From: Saccostrea echinata
Taxonomy: Eukaryota
Direction of reading: 5' to 3'
Assembly (NCBI RefSeq): GCF_033153115.1
Contig: NW_026889772.1
Coordinates: 1,116,001-1,180,000, forward strand
Length of the DNA: 64,000 nt
The position numbers and the translations under genes are program-made. Shown piece by piece: positions 36,601-48,107 of this stretch (positions are counted from its first letter, which is position 1; each line of letters starts with the position of its first letter). The notes below the pieces were generated by a model. The model did not search any database. It was not told where the DNA came from and saw only the letters and a list, made by a program, of their open reading frames with translations.

Positions 36601-38084
36601 GGAGTATCTTACTATGGGTATGTTTTGAGAGTGTTCCTTTAAGGGTAGGTTATGAGAGTGTCCTGCCTAGGAAAGGTTTTGAGAGGAGATCTTTACCAGT
36701 ACTGTAGTTTGTTATAAGTGTCCTTCTCATTTTTTTATATCAGGGAACCGGAGCCACCCGGCCTCTACCAAACCCCAGTTTTCAGAGGGAGACCCTCGCC
36801 TTAAATATGTCATGAAAAAACTGGATCCCAGAATTCACTTTGCTCTCGTGTGCGGAGCAGTGGTATGTAGATTTCTATTAAATGGGTACAATGTATAGGT
36901 ATTGGCAGTTGATTTCACTCATTGAAGTTTGGATAAGGAAAAATTTATATCTTATAGAAGCAGTTATCCATTAGCAACAAATGTTAACATTCTTATATTG
37001 CAAAACTATCTTCTTATTTGTAAGTACATGATGTGTACATAATAAATACTTATTCTGCAGTCCTGTCCAGCCATCAATGTGTACACTGCAGAAAACTTAG
37101 ATAAGGCTTTGGACCAGGCCACACGGAATTTCTGTAAACAGGAGGTGTCCATGTTCACAGAGGTGGATGAAGTCTGGCTCTCCAAGATCTTCCTGTGGTA
37201 TCGCGATGACTTTGGGGGAAACAGTGTTTCAGTTATTGAGTAAGCAGTTTATAATCTATTAAACAGTAGTATGAACTTATATTTGGAAATTATCTCATTT
37301 AAATCAGATTCATTCTATTTATATGTAGCACAATTTCCAAAACAAATATGTAAAAGGAACTTCATAAGTCATGATGTTGATGCTGAATTCCAAAGTTCAT
37401 CACAGGATTCATTTCACATTCACTATTCACTCAGGATCATATTCATGAAAAGGGGTGAAGATAAGGCCAATATATAAAATACCTTTGTTTACCCTAACGC
37501 GACCGACCCAATTAAATCCTGCCAACTGAAAAGTTTTTTTCGAATTAGATTATTCAAATAATTTTTTTTAATATTAACAAGTTTTTAATATTTTTACAAG
37601 TTCAATTGAATAATAATTGTGAATTAATTTACCTTGAAGTTTGCTTAAAAACGGCATTGGTAATGGTGAGATAATTCTGTTAAATCGTTTTCTTTGTACT
37701 TTTCTTATTTTTAAAGGTTATATTCCATTATATATAAATTTATATATTTTTATATTGATTAAAAGTTGCTGTCAGAAAAAAAATTATCGACCTACCTACC
37801 TACCCAACTTGAGATTTTAGGGTCAGGTTAAGGGAAACAATGATATTTTTAATGATGGCCTAATGAACAGTGTGAATTATGAACTCAATCACGTTGAAAT
37901 TAATTTAATTTTAATTCTTTTGATTTGTTATTTTAGATGGATTATGCCATATCTTGAGAAAGACATTCAGGACAGAGCTGTAGTCCTTCTATTTAAAATT
38001 AAAAATGTAGGTCAGGTGGACATTAAGTACAATGAGTATGATTGGCGGCTTAACAAGCTGGGAGTCACGCCTCTCATTCTGTGA
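27642..38084 (+). CDS. DUF547 domain-containing protein, 6 exons, 288 aa
   Basis: Exons 27642-27754, 28786-28940, 33679-33831, 36744-36862, 37061-37239 and 37937-38084 (867 nt, phases consistent). Family motifs AFFINLYNALTIHG, SLDDIEHGILRGN, DPRIHFALVCGAVSCP, LSKIFLWYRDDFG, YDWRLN. Confidence 0.93.
28143..28273. mobile_element. 131-bp near-perfect palindromic MITE with 5-bp TSD
   Basis: TCGAT|CCACAAGGGCTTGCTCCCGGCGTGTAAT...ATTACACGCCGGGAGCAAGCCCCTGTGG|TTGAT. Confidence 0.9.
29255..31277 (+). repeat. 43-bp minisatellite, ~47 copies
   Basis: Unit AGACCACAACATAACAGCTAGTGTAAGTGTAGGGGTTTTATAG; roughly a single monomer at the paralogous site 21893-21953. Confidence 0.97.
31763..32023. mobile_element. 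Short MITE with G/C homopolymer subtermini
   Basis: CATGGCTGTAGGAA ... TTCCTACAGGCTTG imperfect TIR. Confidence 0.55.
33763..33915 (+). repeat. 76-bp exon-3 end plus donor duplication, 2 copies
   Basis: Donors after 33831 and 33907. Confidence 0.95.
34432..36724. repeat. 27-bp minisatellite, ~80 copies, decaying up to the exon-4 acceptor
   Basis: Unit CTCACCAAGTGTAGGTTATGAGAGTGT with variant blocks repeated at higher order. Confidence 0.97.
37465..37860. mobile_element. Tourist-like (PIF/Harbinger) MITE
   Basis: TAA|GGCCAAT..AAAATA..TTGTTT.CCCT ... AGGGAAACAA..TATTTTT..ATGGCC|TAA. Confidence 0.75.
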
Positions 38085-38153
38085 TGGACAGCTATAAGAC
38101 ACACCCACCTTCTGTGATGGACAGCTGTAAGACATGCCCACCTTTTGTGATGA
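38077..38153 (+). repeat. 33-bp tandem repeat beginning at the DUF547 stop codon (~2.3 copies)
   Basis: TTCTGTGATGGACAGCT.TAAGACA..CCCACC repeated. Confidence 0.85.
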
Positions 38154-38506
38154 CTGGTATAGAGATAATCATGTGCAGTCCTTTACACATGTACCAACAC
38201 AGGGATGAAAAGGTTTCAACCTATCATATATGCAACCTATCATATGTAAAGCACCATTTTGAATTCTGTTATGTACTTCATAGATTCTAAATTTTATAAT
38301 AAGCAGTAAAGTTATATCATACATGTACATTTAGAGTGCCATATTTATGGAGAATGTTAGATATTTTTGCTTGTCCATCATTCTACCTGTAATTCAACAT
38401 TCACCTTGTCCCCCATCATGTTTACCAGCAGTAATATAGTCAGAACTGTCATTATTCAGGTATTTTAATTCCAATGAACTGAATTTCAACTTTCATTTAG
38501 AGGCTA

Positions 38507-38509
<3 letters not shown>

Positions 38510-38553
<44 letters not shown>
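38510..38553. repeat. (CT)n(AT)n compound microsatellite
   Basis: Direct reading. Confidence 0.9.
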
Positions 38554-38554
<1 letters not shown>

Positions 38555-39277
38555 AGGGATGGCAATCGAATACAGAATTGCCAATCGGTTAACCGCAAGA
38601 CGTTCCGACCGATTAGTCGGTTAATCGTATCAAAAATTCTCGACATAACTACACTCGAATAAGTAAGACTATAAAGATGTTCATGTAGTAATATTATGCT
38701 TATATTTATATATGATCAGAAAACTACATATATTGTATTTCAATTCTAAACTGAAGTTGCAGATGCATTAAAAAAAATTCAGAAAAGATGTCAAGGAAGT
38801 TCATTTTGCATTGTCACCATAATCAAAATTAAGTCTGAATTATCGCTTATCTTACGATGTTTGTTTTAGAATATAGTTTGATAGGTAACTGTAAAGGATA
38901 GAAGAGGTAAGGTACACCTTATAATCAGTTCACAGTAGTAAAAGATCATTTAATTAAAATCATTAAAGAAACACAGGACAGGGTGTGTAACGACGAGTGT
39001 TTAAACAGCAATTAACGACTCGAAAAGTGACCAATTACCCCCACGCGATGTCAATCTGGAGAGCCTTAATTATCTCCGAATCAGCGTAAATAGATAGGTG
39101 AACATACTAACATTTCAGAAAATTTTATTTGTATTTTTTAAATTGAATTTTCAGGAAATTGTATTCAAATTTACACATATATTAATTTTTTCCCGACTAA
39201 CTGATTACAGATTTTCTAACCGATTGCCATCGTTCCGACCGAGTAACCGGTTAACCGATTACAAATTGCCATCCCTA
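38554..39277. mobile_element. hAT-type MITE
   Basis: AGGGATGGCAAT / ATTGCCATCCCTA TIRs, ATATATAT 8-bp flanks, CGGTTAACCG subterminal motifs. Confidence 0.85.
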
Positions 39278-39371
39278 ATATATATACATGTATATATTAG
39301 TGGAACTGATCCCCATCCTTTAGTCTGTTTTTTTTATAATCAAGTTTGAAGATCTTCAGTGCATTACTTAA

Positions 39372-40307
39372 GGACGTTCGATCCTGAGCTTTTGAGCAGA
39401 TTTTGGTCTGGAGCTTTATTTCTAAAATTCTGCATTATTTTTAAGTTCTAACATTAAATCTGGATTCTACAATGCAAATTATGCTATATCCAATGAAAAA
39501 AACGCGATTAAATTCCATTCAAATAGGATTAAGCCAGGAACTATATTTTGTGGCGGAAGATTTTTTAGAAGAAAATGATCATTTTTTCCCTTTTGAAATA
39601 CATACAGTACTGTTAAGTTTAGATTCCTATTTTTCCATGCTGGTTGCACACAGAGCTATTTTGTGCATTGAAATGTTTAATGCTGGTTCTAAAATATTAA
39701 TTAAATCAGTTTTTGTGAATTCTATCATCATATTGTGACAAATATAGAAAATATATTCTGAAACTCCAGGAAAAAATTGAGCCAATTTTATCACAAAATT
39801 AACAGTTTTTTAGTAATATCTAAAAAATAACATCATAGACCTCCACTTTTGATTTTCTTTTCTGAATATATAAGATAACTCTGATCAATCTACTTAAATT
39901 CAGCAAAAGTTTAAGACTTTAAAATATTTTTCTTGCTTGTTATATTTTTAATGCCTGAAAAATGACATTTTGTGAGTGCAGAAAGGTCAAATAATTGATT
40001 ATGCGAAGCAATTTGAAAATTTTTCTTTGTCACAATTTTAATGTGTCTTTTTTAAGAGAGAATAATAGCATACTTTGTCCCATGATTTATTTGGATAAAA
40101 AATATTGGAGGGAAAACGTCGAAGATGTTATTTTTGATTAAGACACAAATTCAGTGCAAAAAGGTCATTTTAAATGTACTGTAGCGCCAAAAGAAGCATA
40201 TTGACCCCCATTTTTTGTTTTGATTTTTAATTAAGCTATGTGTGTACAAACTAAAAATATACTTGACAAAAAAAGTTTAAGACTTTAAATATCAAGATCC
40301 AACGTCG
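39372..40307. mobile_element. Kolobok-like non-autonomous element
   Basis: TTAA|GGACGTTCGATCCTGA ... TCAAGATCCAACGTCG|TTAA. Confidence 0.75.
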
Positions 40308-43300
40308 TTAATGTACTTTGTAATGTGTTACAATATACCCCTAAAGACAAGTTATAACAACATAAAAATGGCATATTTCTGGGCTAAGCTAGCTAGCTTA
40401 GTTCTTAGGCTAGGTATTTAGGTCCATTGTACAGTGTACAAATTAGGCTAGCTTATTTCATTCAAGAATGTAGCTCTGCACAGAGCTACATGTATGTAAT
40501 TGGTATGATCTTGAATACAGCCTTAGTTTGCATATTATTCAATTTTATGAAACAGATTTGGGTTAACTTTTTTTTTTTGTAATATTAGTTTGGCACAGTC
40601 CCTTTATATTGTGACCTCCACAGGTGATCGTGAAACCTCATCATTTTATCTGTGTAGAGTCTGTACCATGCAATGTTTGTGAATAGTAAAACATGATTAT
40701 AGCAAAGCTTTAAGCATAGTACAGATTAAATAATTTTTATGTCTTTATCTCTTTGTGTCGAGTTAATAGTAATTTAATACACTCTAATGTAGTGCTGGTT
40801 TTACAAAACTACAAGTTTGGTAATCAGTATTCAGTGTGCAAAATTTGCTGTAATCAAGGTTTACTGGTGTAAACAAATTATGATCAGGGAAAAATGTTCT
40901 TGCCAGACATTGAAAAGGATCTTCAGTACAGCCTGTTCTTAAGTTTGTGTTGCAAGAGTTGTTTAAATTAAAATTTTGTTAAAAAGTAATACAGAAAGGG
41001 CATTCCATAAGTTTTCAGGATCAAAATGTTACCGAGTTCAATACTAACAACTGGTATATGAATATTTGTAACATTGTAACATTAGCATTTTGTAAATATT
41101 ATTGAGTGAAGTACATGTAGATAGTTGTTATTTGTATATTTTAAATCAAGCACTTGACTTTCTTTGTTATAAAAAGTTGTTAGTGGTATGTTAATGTACA
41201 GGGTTGTCTGTGGACTAATTCTTTAGTATAGTGTGGCATACTATAGTTTTGTTATCAAGCTCTAGAATAATAATTAGATTGTTTGATTTAATTAAATTAT
41301 TTTAATTGTGAAAGACATGTATAAAAATGATTGTCTAATTTATTTAAGTTTTTTTTTGTCTGTTTGTTTTAAATCATGTTACATGTAATTTGAGAGTAAT
41401 TTCTAGTTGGTGCATTCTTTGTATTTTATAAAAAGCTGACATATCTTTGTACTTGACAGTATGGTAGCTTGAATTCATGTACCGGTACATATATTTTCAT
41501 TACTTAGTTTAGTATCTGCATTAAGCTGTTTATTAAGCCAAGTTTTTTCTTCTTCTTTGTTTTGTTTTATTGCTGCATTATCTCCCTTGCTTTCTATCTG
41601 TATTCTATGCATTTACAAAGTATCACCTATATTCTAAGTATTTGTAAATATAAGTTAATATTGTACTGCTATATTTTCTTATCAGTTTAAAGTGTTTATT
41701 TGACAGTGAGGCAGGTGCTGTATTTTCTGTTTTAATTCTTTTTTGAAAAAAATATGTTTGTGACAGGATTTTTATTTAATTTGTAAGTTCATGAGTGATA
41801 ATTTTAATATGTTTTGTGTATAGTATAAGGTCCTATTCTATTATTATAATTAATTTTGTGAATTTGATACAATTCTAAATTCCTCTAAATCGATAGTCCC
41901 TCTATTTAGTTTTTATTCTTTGTCTGTCAGTCTGTATGTGCATCAGTTAAGAGTCCTCTATGTAAGTCCATGCTCATTGCTCCCTATAACTATCCATTCC
42001 TTTTCACTCAGACTACATGAGTATATATTGTGTCCTTTGATCTGTATGTACATGTATAGACAGAAAAGGAAAATAACACTCCACAATTAATCTACAACAT
42101 GTTTAGCTGATAATAATGATCCCGTTATTCCTTTCTGTACTTGCATGGAAGACGTCCTTGTTACTTAATTACTTTGTTTATACACGTCACCTTAATGTTG
42201 GTGCTGGCCATGATTTCCTTGTCTTCCAAACACAGACCTGACCTTGATGTTTATAAATAGAACCCCAAAACCTCTGTATTTGCTTAATTAAAACTTAAAT
42301 ACATATATTTCTTAATATTTGGTACTTGTAATTTGATAAACAATCATAGCTACATATTTGGAAAAAAAATGAATCAAGAGAAGATGGTCTGTGAAATCTA
42401 CCGGTATATATTTACTACATGTTGTATAATTCTTTTTTTTCTCATGGCTTTCAAGGGTGTCAGTATTATTGATACTGAAAGCATGATTGATTAAATATTG
42501 CTTTTCTGGAACTCAAATGTACTTAAAAAAAACATAGAAATGTAAAACTTACAATAATTACATGTATCATTTAAATTGAGTCTAAAAAGATTTTGGTAGA
42601 GTAGAAATTTTGGTTTAGAACTTGCACATCCTAGGGTTTTTTTTGTATCCCACAAGTGTTCTATATATTTTGCAACATTGTTTGTTATTATTGTTAGAAG
42701 TAGTTGAAAGAGGCTGACTTAAGCTTTAGATATCTTAATTCATAAAATCAGTACAAGATAATTTAATACAACTGCTACATTTGATGGTAGTTTGATGATC
42801 CAGCATGCCTCCCAGACCCACAATACTAGGAGACTTAATAATCAATCATCATCTAAACAATCGTTACAAGAATGTTCTCTATTTTTGTGTAAGTCTGACC
42901 CAATGAACGAGTTAAGCAGTTACACAGTATTTTTCTTTCCATGCCCGTTTTTTTTTTCATGACAGAGTACATTACCTCATTTAAATTTATCCCTCTAAGC
43001 AATCAATTTTATTATTAATTTTTTTTTACTAAATAATATCTTGAGCTAGACATTTAATATTAATATGTCTACTTTTTGTAGAATGTCAAAGTTGATAAAC
43101 ATTGTGTCATGGGAAAACTCGGATTTATTCTATGTTGCAAGCTTAAGCCAGCCTTCATAGCTAATATTTAACTGAATTATTACTTTTCATTTAATTATGG
43201 CTTAGTTAGAAAAAATTTGTATATAGATTTTGTGTTATTCAAACTTTTCTCAGATTTTCTCCTTGAGATGGAGAACAGTTGATTATGATTTTCAGTGTAA

Positions 43301-43515
43301 ATAACAGAAATAATTCTTAACAAAAACAAATAACATTAAATGCATGCAAGCAATAATTACAATATAAAGTTGAAAATATATGCGAAAAGTGTTTAATAAT
43401 GCACTTCTAAGAGTTTGTAATTTGTTTGAAAAAATAATCAAAATAACATGGTGAATGACGTTTCACTGAATTTATTCACCTTGTATCATTATGTACTGAC
43501 TAATTATATAAGTAG

Positions 43516-43673
43516 CAGGGTTGTCCTTAAGACCTGGGGGCTGGGGAATTTCCCTGCCTTTAATGACATAATCCCCGGTTATTCTCCCTTCATTCCCTGT
43601 TAGGGGAGACACCCCAGACCCCCTTCTACTTTTTTAAAGTCCCCTGCTATTTCAATTCTTAGGGACAACCCTA
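43516..43673. mobile_element. Short hAT-like MITE with 6-bp TSD
   Basis: AAGTAG|CAGGGTTGTCCTTAAGA ... TCTTAGGGACAACCCTA|AAGTAG. Confidence 0.8.
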
Positions 43674-43808
43674 AAGTAGTAAAGAAAGTTTATCATATAT
43701 TGATTTTGTTAAATTATAAATTATTTTAATTCTTTTTAAATTGTTTATCTGAGAGATGAAGGATATATCTTTTTTAATAAATATATGAGGACACTCAATT
43801 AAGTTACT

Positions 43809-43932
43809 GACTTTATGATAACTGAGCTATGTGGATCACTGCATCTTTGCCTTTATAGTGAATTGCCAGGGACTTTATGATAACTGAGTTATGTGGATCA
43901 GTGCATCTTTGCCTTTATAGTGAATTGCCAGG
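43809..43932. repeat. 62-bp tandem duplication
   Basis: GACTTTATGATAACTGAG...GTGAATTGCCAGG x2. Confidence 0.92.
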
Positions 43933-44963
43933 AACATCTCTATACCCATTACATTTCTAGTTAATATTTTGCAATAATGTATATCCACATTTGCTGTAAA
44001 CATCGCTGCCTGTCTTGTGGCATCATTCTCCTGTGATATTTTTTTCTACGCCGTAACGCTTCTAGTGTCTCTGTATATCATTCGTCCCTTCTATAATTAT
44101 AAATTACGATTATTTTTATATACATTTCTAGATTGCTCTATATTTATATAATTCTGATAGCTTAGAATTTTGGCTTAATGGTTTTCTTACACAATATAAT
44201 GTATCTAATAAAGATTGCAAAATGTGTATATTACACAATAAAGACATTATAAATCAAAGCATTGAGTTGATCTTCAGTCTATATACAATCTACCTGTAAT
44301 CGCTAGCAAACTTGACAAATGACAGAGCACTGTACACCTCTTGTGTGCCAAGTCTTATTGAAATCTGAGCAAAACTGGGGGGGAGTAGTGTTTTTGAAAA
44401 ATTATTTACAGATAGACAGACACCTTACCAATGAATTAAGCTCTTCTTTAACTAGTGATCTAAAAAGGAGCCAAAACGGATTTTGTTTAGGAAACAAAAG
44501 GCAGACATTAAAGCTGACATGCAGGACTTAAGGATTCTATAGAGGAAAAATAAATCTAATTGTACAATATGACTCCAAACAAAAAGAGAAAAGGCAATCT
44601 GTTGTACAACCATGAAATCTTGTTTTCACCTCTGTGGCCAATGCCAGAATAAGGATTAACACATTTAACATGTCATATTTTGAATACTTTAACAGAAAGT
44701 TGTTCTGATAAACACTGAAGATGATGTTTTGTGGAGTGTTGTATAAGAATAATATATCACAGTCACTGAAACATGGAACTGATATAAACATCTGTACATA
44801 CATGAATGTTATTATTAAAAGTAATTTATTCTGAAAGAAAGACTTGTGATAAACAGGACATGCACCTATCCAGTCATAACAGCTAAACACAGATGATTAA
44901 ATGTAGAAATCAGACACATGGATGAACCACTGGTTGGTTTATATACATTTTACAGACATGTCC

Positions 44964-47149
44964 TCAGACAGAAATGCTCCCCTCTCTGAAGTTGGTCTTC
45001 CCGATGAGGATGTTGACTAGGATGCTATTTCCTTCTCTGTTCAGTTTAATCGTCTCCTTTAAGATCTCGCGGATCTTGTCTTCATTACTTCTGTCCAGCT
45101 TCAGTCCCATGCCTCCATAACCAATGGCAACCTTTTCATAGTCTGTGAACTAAAAATAAACACAGAATTTTTTTTATTAATCAAATTCTAATTTTCTATG
45201 TGAAAAGAGCCTAAAGACAATTTAATACATCCAATTTGATGTAGTGTATTCTTTAATAAGGTGTTTACTGTGGTATTTTTTCGGGGGGGGGGGGGGGGGG
45301 GGGTATTAATTTAGTGATTGAGTAAAAACTTTGGATTTTCTTGCAATGACAATACCATTAAACATTCTGCAATTCCTTAATTTAAACATTAGATAATGAT
45401 TGAATTTCACACATTCACTTGAAAAGGAAACCAAGAGATGAGCTGACCACAATGTGTATGCCCTGGTCTTGCTGACTGATGTATAATTTTTGAATCTAAA
45501 CATTATACTTCTAATGTGGTATGATGCATGCATCAAAATTAATTTTGACAAACTATAAACAATTCTCTATAAGATTTTTTCCAACATACTAGATCTCCTT
45601 AAGAAACCTTAGACATTATTAACTCATCTATTGTAAACATAGTAAAAATAAAAATAAAAGTAAAAATATAGAGAGGGGGCTCACATTTCTTTCTTATCTA
45701 TGGTGTTATTTACTTACTGCTAATTTACAGGCCACACTGCTATGGTGTCGTTTACTTACTGCTAATTTACAGGCCACACTGCTATGGTGTTATTTACTTA
45801 CTGCTAATTTACAGGCCACACTGCTATGGTGTCGTTTACTTACTGCTAATTTACAGGCCACACTGCTATGGTGTTATTTACTTACTGCTAATTTACAAGC
45901 CACACTGCTATGGTGTCGTTTACTACTGCTAATTTACAGGCTATGATGTCATGATTTCGTTTACTTACTGCTAATTTACAAGCCACACTGCTATGGTCTC
46001 GTTTACTTACTGCTAATTTACAAGCCACACTGCTATGGTCTCGTTTACTTACTGCTAATGTACAGGCCACACTGCTATGGTGTTATTTACTTACTGCTAA
46101 TTTACAGGCCACACTGCTATGGTGTCGTTTACTACTGCTAATTTACAGGCTATGATGTCATGATTTCGTTTACTTACTGCTAATTTACAAGCCACACTGC
46201 TATGGTCTTGTTTACTTACTGCTAATTTACAGGCCACACTGCTATGGTCTCAATTACTTACTGCTAATTTACAAGCCACACTGCTATGGTCTCGTTTACT
46301 TACTGCTAATTTACAGGCCACACTGCTATGGTCTCGTTTACTTACTGCTAATTTACAGGCCACACTGCTATGGTCTTGTTTACTTACTGCTAATTTACAG
46401 GCCACACTGCTACCAAACATAGGAACTTGTTCTCTCTCAATCTGTGTCCACCCAGCATCATTGCCAACCAATGCCATCACAGGTATCTATGAAAGTAACC
46501 AATGAAGGTGTAAAAATATATTAAATGGTCAACATTATTCTTTGTAAGATATGAACCCATATACATGTAACCAAACTGAGTAAATCCATGTGCATGTGTG
46601 TGGCAATATTATTCATTCATCATTTTATTATGCAATAAAATAGCTGTTCAGTTTGTTTTAAAATGAAAAAAAAAATTCGTTGTTTATTATCAAATCTACA
46701 CACATACCAGTGATACAAGTAGTTAAATCATATAATAACATGATTGGATGAGATTTACTTACAAGTATATGTAAAATAAGTCTAGAATTTGTAAATCAAA
46801 CCTTGTGCCTGGTGAAGGTATCAAACTCTGCGATGCTGTAACCAAGGGAACCGTCGCCATAGATAATCCACACATCAGAGTCAGGGCGACATAGCTTAGC
46901 TCCCAGGGCGAATCCTCCCCCAACCCCCAGGGTACCAAATGCTCCAGGGTCTAACCAGTGGAGGGGGGCACGGGGTCTGGTGAGAGACAACAGGATATCA
47001 GTTATAGGATACAGTATTAGGCAGATCAAATGTAACAACAGGTCAATGGGCCACTATGCTCCCCTGAATCATATTCATGTACTGGAATATATCAGTATAA
47101 AAGAGAATTTGTATTTATTGCCTAAAATTCATTCTGACCATTTTTTAGA

Positions 47150-47189
<40 letters not shown>

Positions 47190-48071
47190 CGTTGTCCATC
47201 GTCCGTCCATCTGTCTGTCCGTCCGTCCGTCTGTAAACTTTTCACATTTCCAAATTCTTCTCAAGAACCACTGTGCCAATTTTAACCAAACTTGGTACAA
47301 AGTATCCTTGGGTGAAGGGGAGTTTAAATTGTTAAAATTAAGGGCCAAATCCCCTTACAGGGGGAGATAATCAAGAAAAGACAAAAATAAGGTGGGGTCA
47401 TTAAAAAATCTTCTTCTCAAGAACCACTGGGCCAAAAAAGCTGAAACTTATGTGGAAGCATCCTGTGATAGTGTAGATTTTAAATTGTTAAATCATGACC
47501 CCTGGGGGTAAGGCGGGGCCACAATAGGGAATCCAAGTTTTACATTGAAATAAATGGGAAAAATCTTTAAAAATCTTCTTCTCAAGAACCACTGGGCCAG
47601 AAAAGCTTAAACTTATGTGGAAGCATCCTTGGGTAGTGGAGATTTTAAATTGTTCAAATCATGACCCCCGGGGGTAGGGCGGGGCCACAATAGAAAATCC
47701 AAATTTTACATTGAAATAAATGGGAAAAATCTTTAAAAAACTTCTTCTCAAGAACCACTGAGCAACAAAAGCTTAAACTTATGTGGAAGCATCCTGGGGT
47801 AGTGTAGATTCTAAATTGTAAAAATCATGACTTCCGGGGGTAGGGCGGGGCCACAATAGAAAATCCAAATTTTACATTGAAATAAATGGGAAAAATCTTT
47901 AAAAATCTTCTTCTCAAGAACCACAAGGCCAGAAAAGATGAAATTTATGTGGAAGCATCCTGGGATAGTGTAGATTTTAAATTGTAAAAATCATGACCCC
48001 CTGGGGTAGGGCGGGGCCACAATAAGTATTACAATGGGGAAATCTGGTAAAGAACAGCATGGCCAAAGTTA

Positions 48072-48107
<36 letters not shown>

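Noticed and set aside
40310-44900. Additional gene between DUF547 and ILVBL
   Set aside because: Very AT-rich with no convincing exons; most consistent with convergent 3' UTR or intergenic sequence.
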